The notes below the pieces were generated by a model. The model was not told where the DNA came from. It ran no database searches and saw nothing but the letters and a program-made list of their open reading frames with translations. Made by a program: the position numbers and the translations under genes. From Bacteriovoracaceae bacterium (GTDB lineage Bacteria; Bdellovibrionota; UBA2428), in contig CANIGN010000002.1 in NCBI GenBank assembly GCA_947467125.1, positions 1 through 45,068 on the forward strand: 45,068 nt of DNA, in the 5' to 3' direction. Below, piece by piece: positions 45,007 to 45,068 of this stretch; positions within the stretch are counted from its first letter, which is position 1; every line of letters starts with the position of its first letter.

Positions 45007-45068
45007 TGATACGTCCTGCTTTTAAAGTGTTCTGTTTGCTTAAAGGCTTCTGTGCGATCTGCACTGTC
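45003..45068 (-). CDS. 3' end (22 codons) of an unidentified upstream gene, translationally coupled to nuoH2
   Basis: The minus-strand frame is open from the window edge and reads DSADRTEAFKQTEHFKSRTYQ*. Its TGA overlaps the nuoH2 ATG (ATGA). It is too short to identify and does not end like typical NuoD (..GE(V/I)DR). Confidence 0.4.
   Translation of the reverse strand, partial: DSADRTEAFKQTEHFKSRTYQ

Noticed and set aside
1-45068. Scanned for CRISPR repeats, IS/transposase or integrase genes, phage modules, restriction-modification or other defence genes, and long direct or inverted DNA repeats
   Set aside because: I found none by eye. The rmuC gene and the adjacent methyltransferase look like ordinary housekeeping copies: they are convergent, not coupled, and have no partner nuclease or ATPase genes.

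Overview
The window is AT-rich (about 40% GC by eye) and very gene-dense, with 44 CDS and one tRNA. Most gene junctions are 1-13 nt overlaps or gaps under 80 nt. I found no rRNA, CRISPR array, transposase, integrase, phage genes or long non-coding stretch, so it reads as core chromosome rather than an accessory island. The organism is Gram-negative; a Bdellovibrionota or delta-proteobacteria-like lineage is only a guess from protein sequence style. On the plus strand at the left is a tightly coupled string: a 5'-partial S8 protease with a C-terminal sorting-like tail, DedA, a ThiBPQ-like ABC importer and an alpha/beta hydrolase. Next come a LysM lipoprotein, a DUF1343/NamZ-like enzyme, aspartate kinase, an SGNH hydrolase, tRNA-Arg(ACG), a SAM methyltransferase and RmuC. 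A coupled three-gene cassette follows, tentatively read as a divergent sigma-like protein, a small anti-sigma-like protein and an unknown. On the minus strand are ddl-ftsQ-ftsA-ftsZ, an M20 peptidase and a CE4-like deacetylase lipoprotein. After that come a VKOR-DsbA fusion, gloB, tadA, serS and a 977-aa GYF/TPR membrane protein. The right 17 kb is entirely complex I genes on the minus strand. The most unusual observation is here: two divergent, intact membrane-arm sets (nuoHJKLMN twice) lie in tandem. The downstream operon reads nuoA-C-E-F-H-J-K-L-M-N, with coupled junctions that leave no room for nuoB, nuoD, nuoG or nuoI. Secondary observations are the sigma-like cassette and identical G7 tracts 5 nt upstream of both the ftsA and ftsZ start codons. 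All family calls come from motifs read by eye; no database search was possible.
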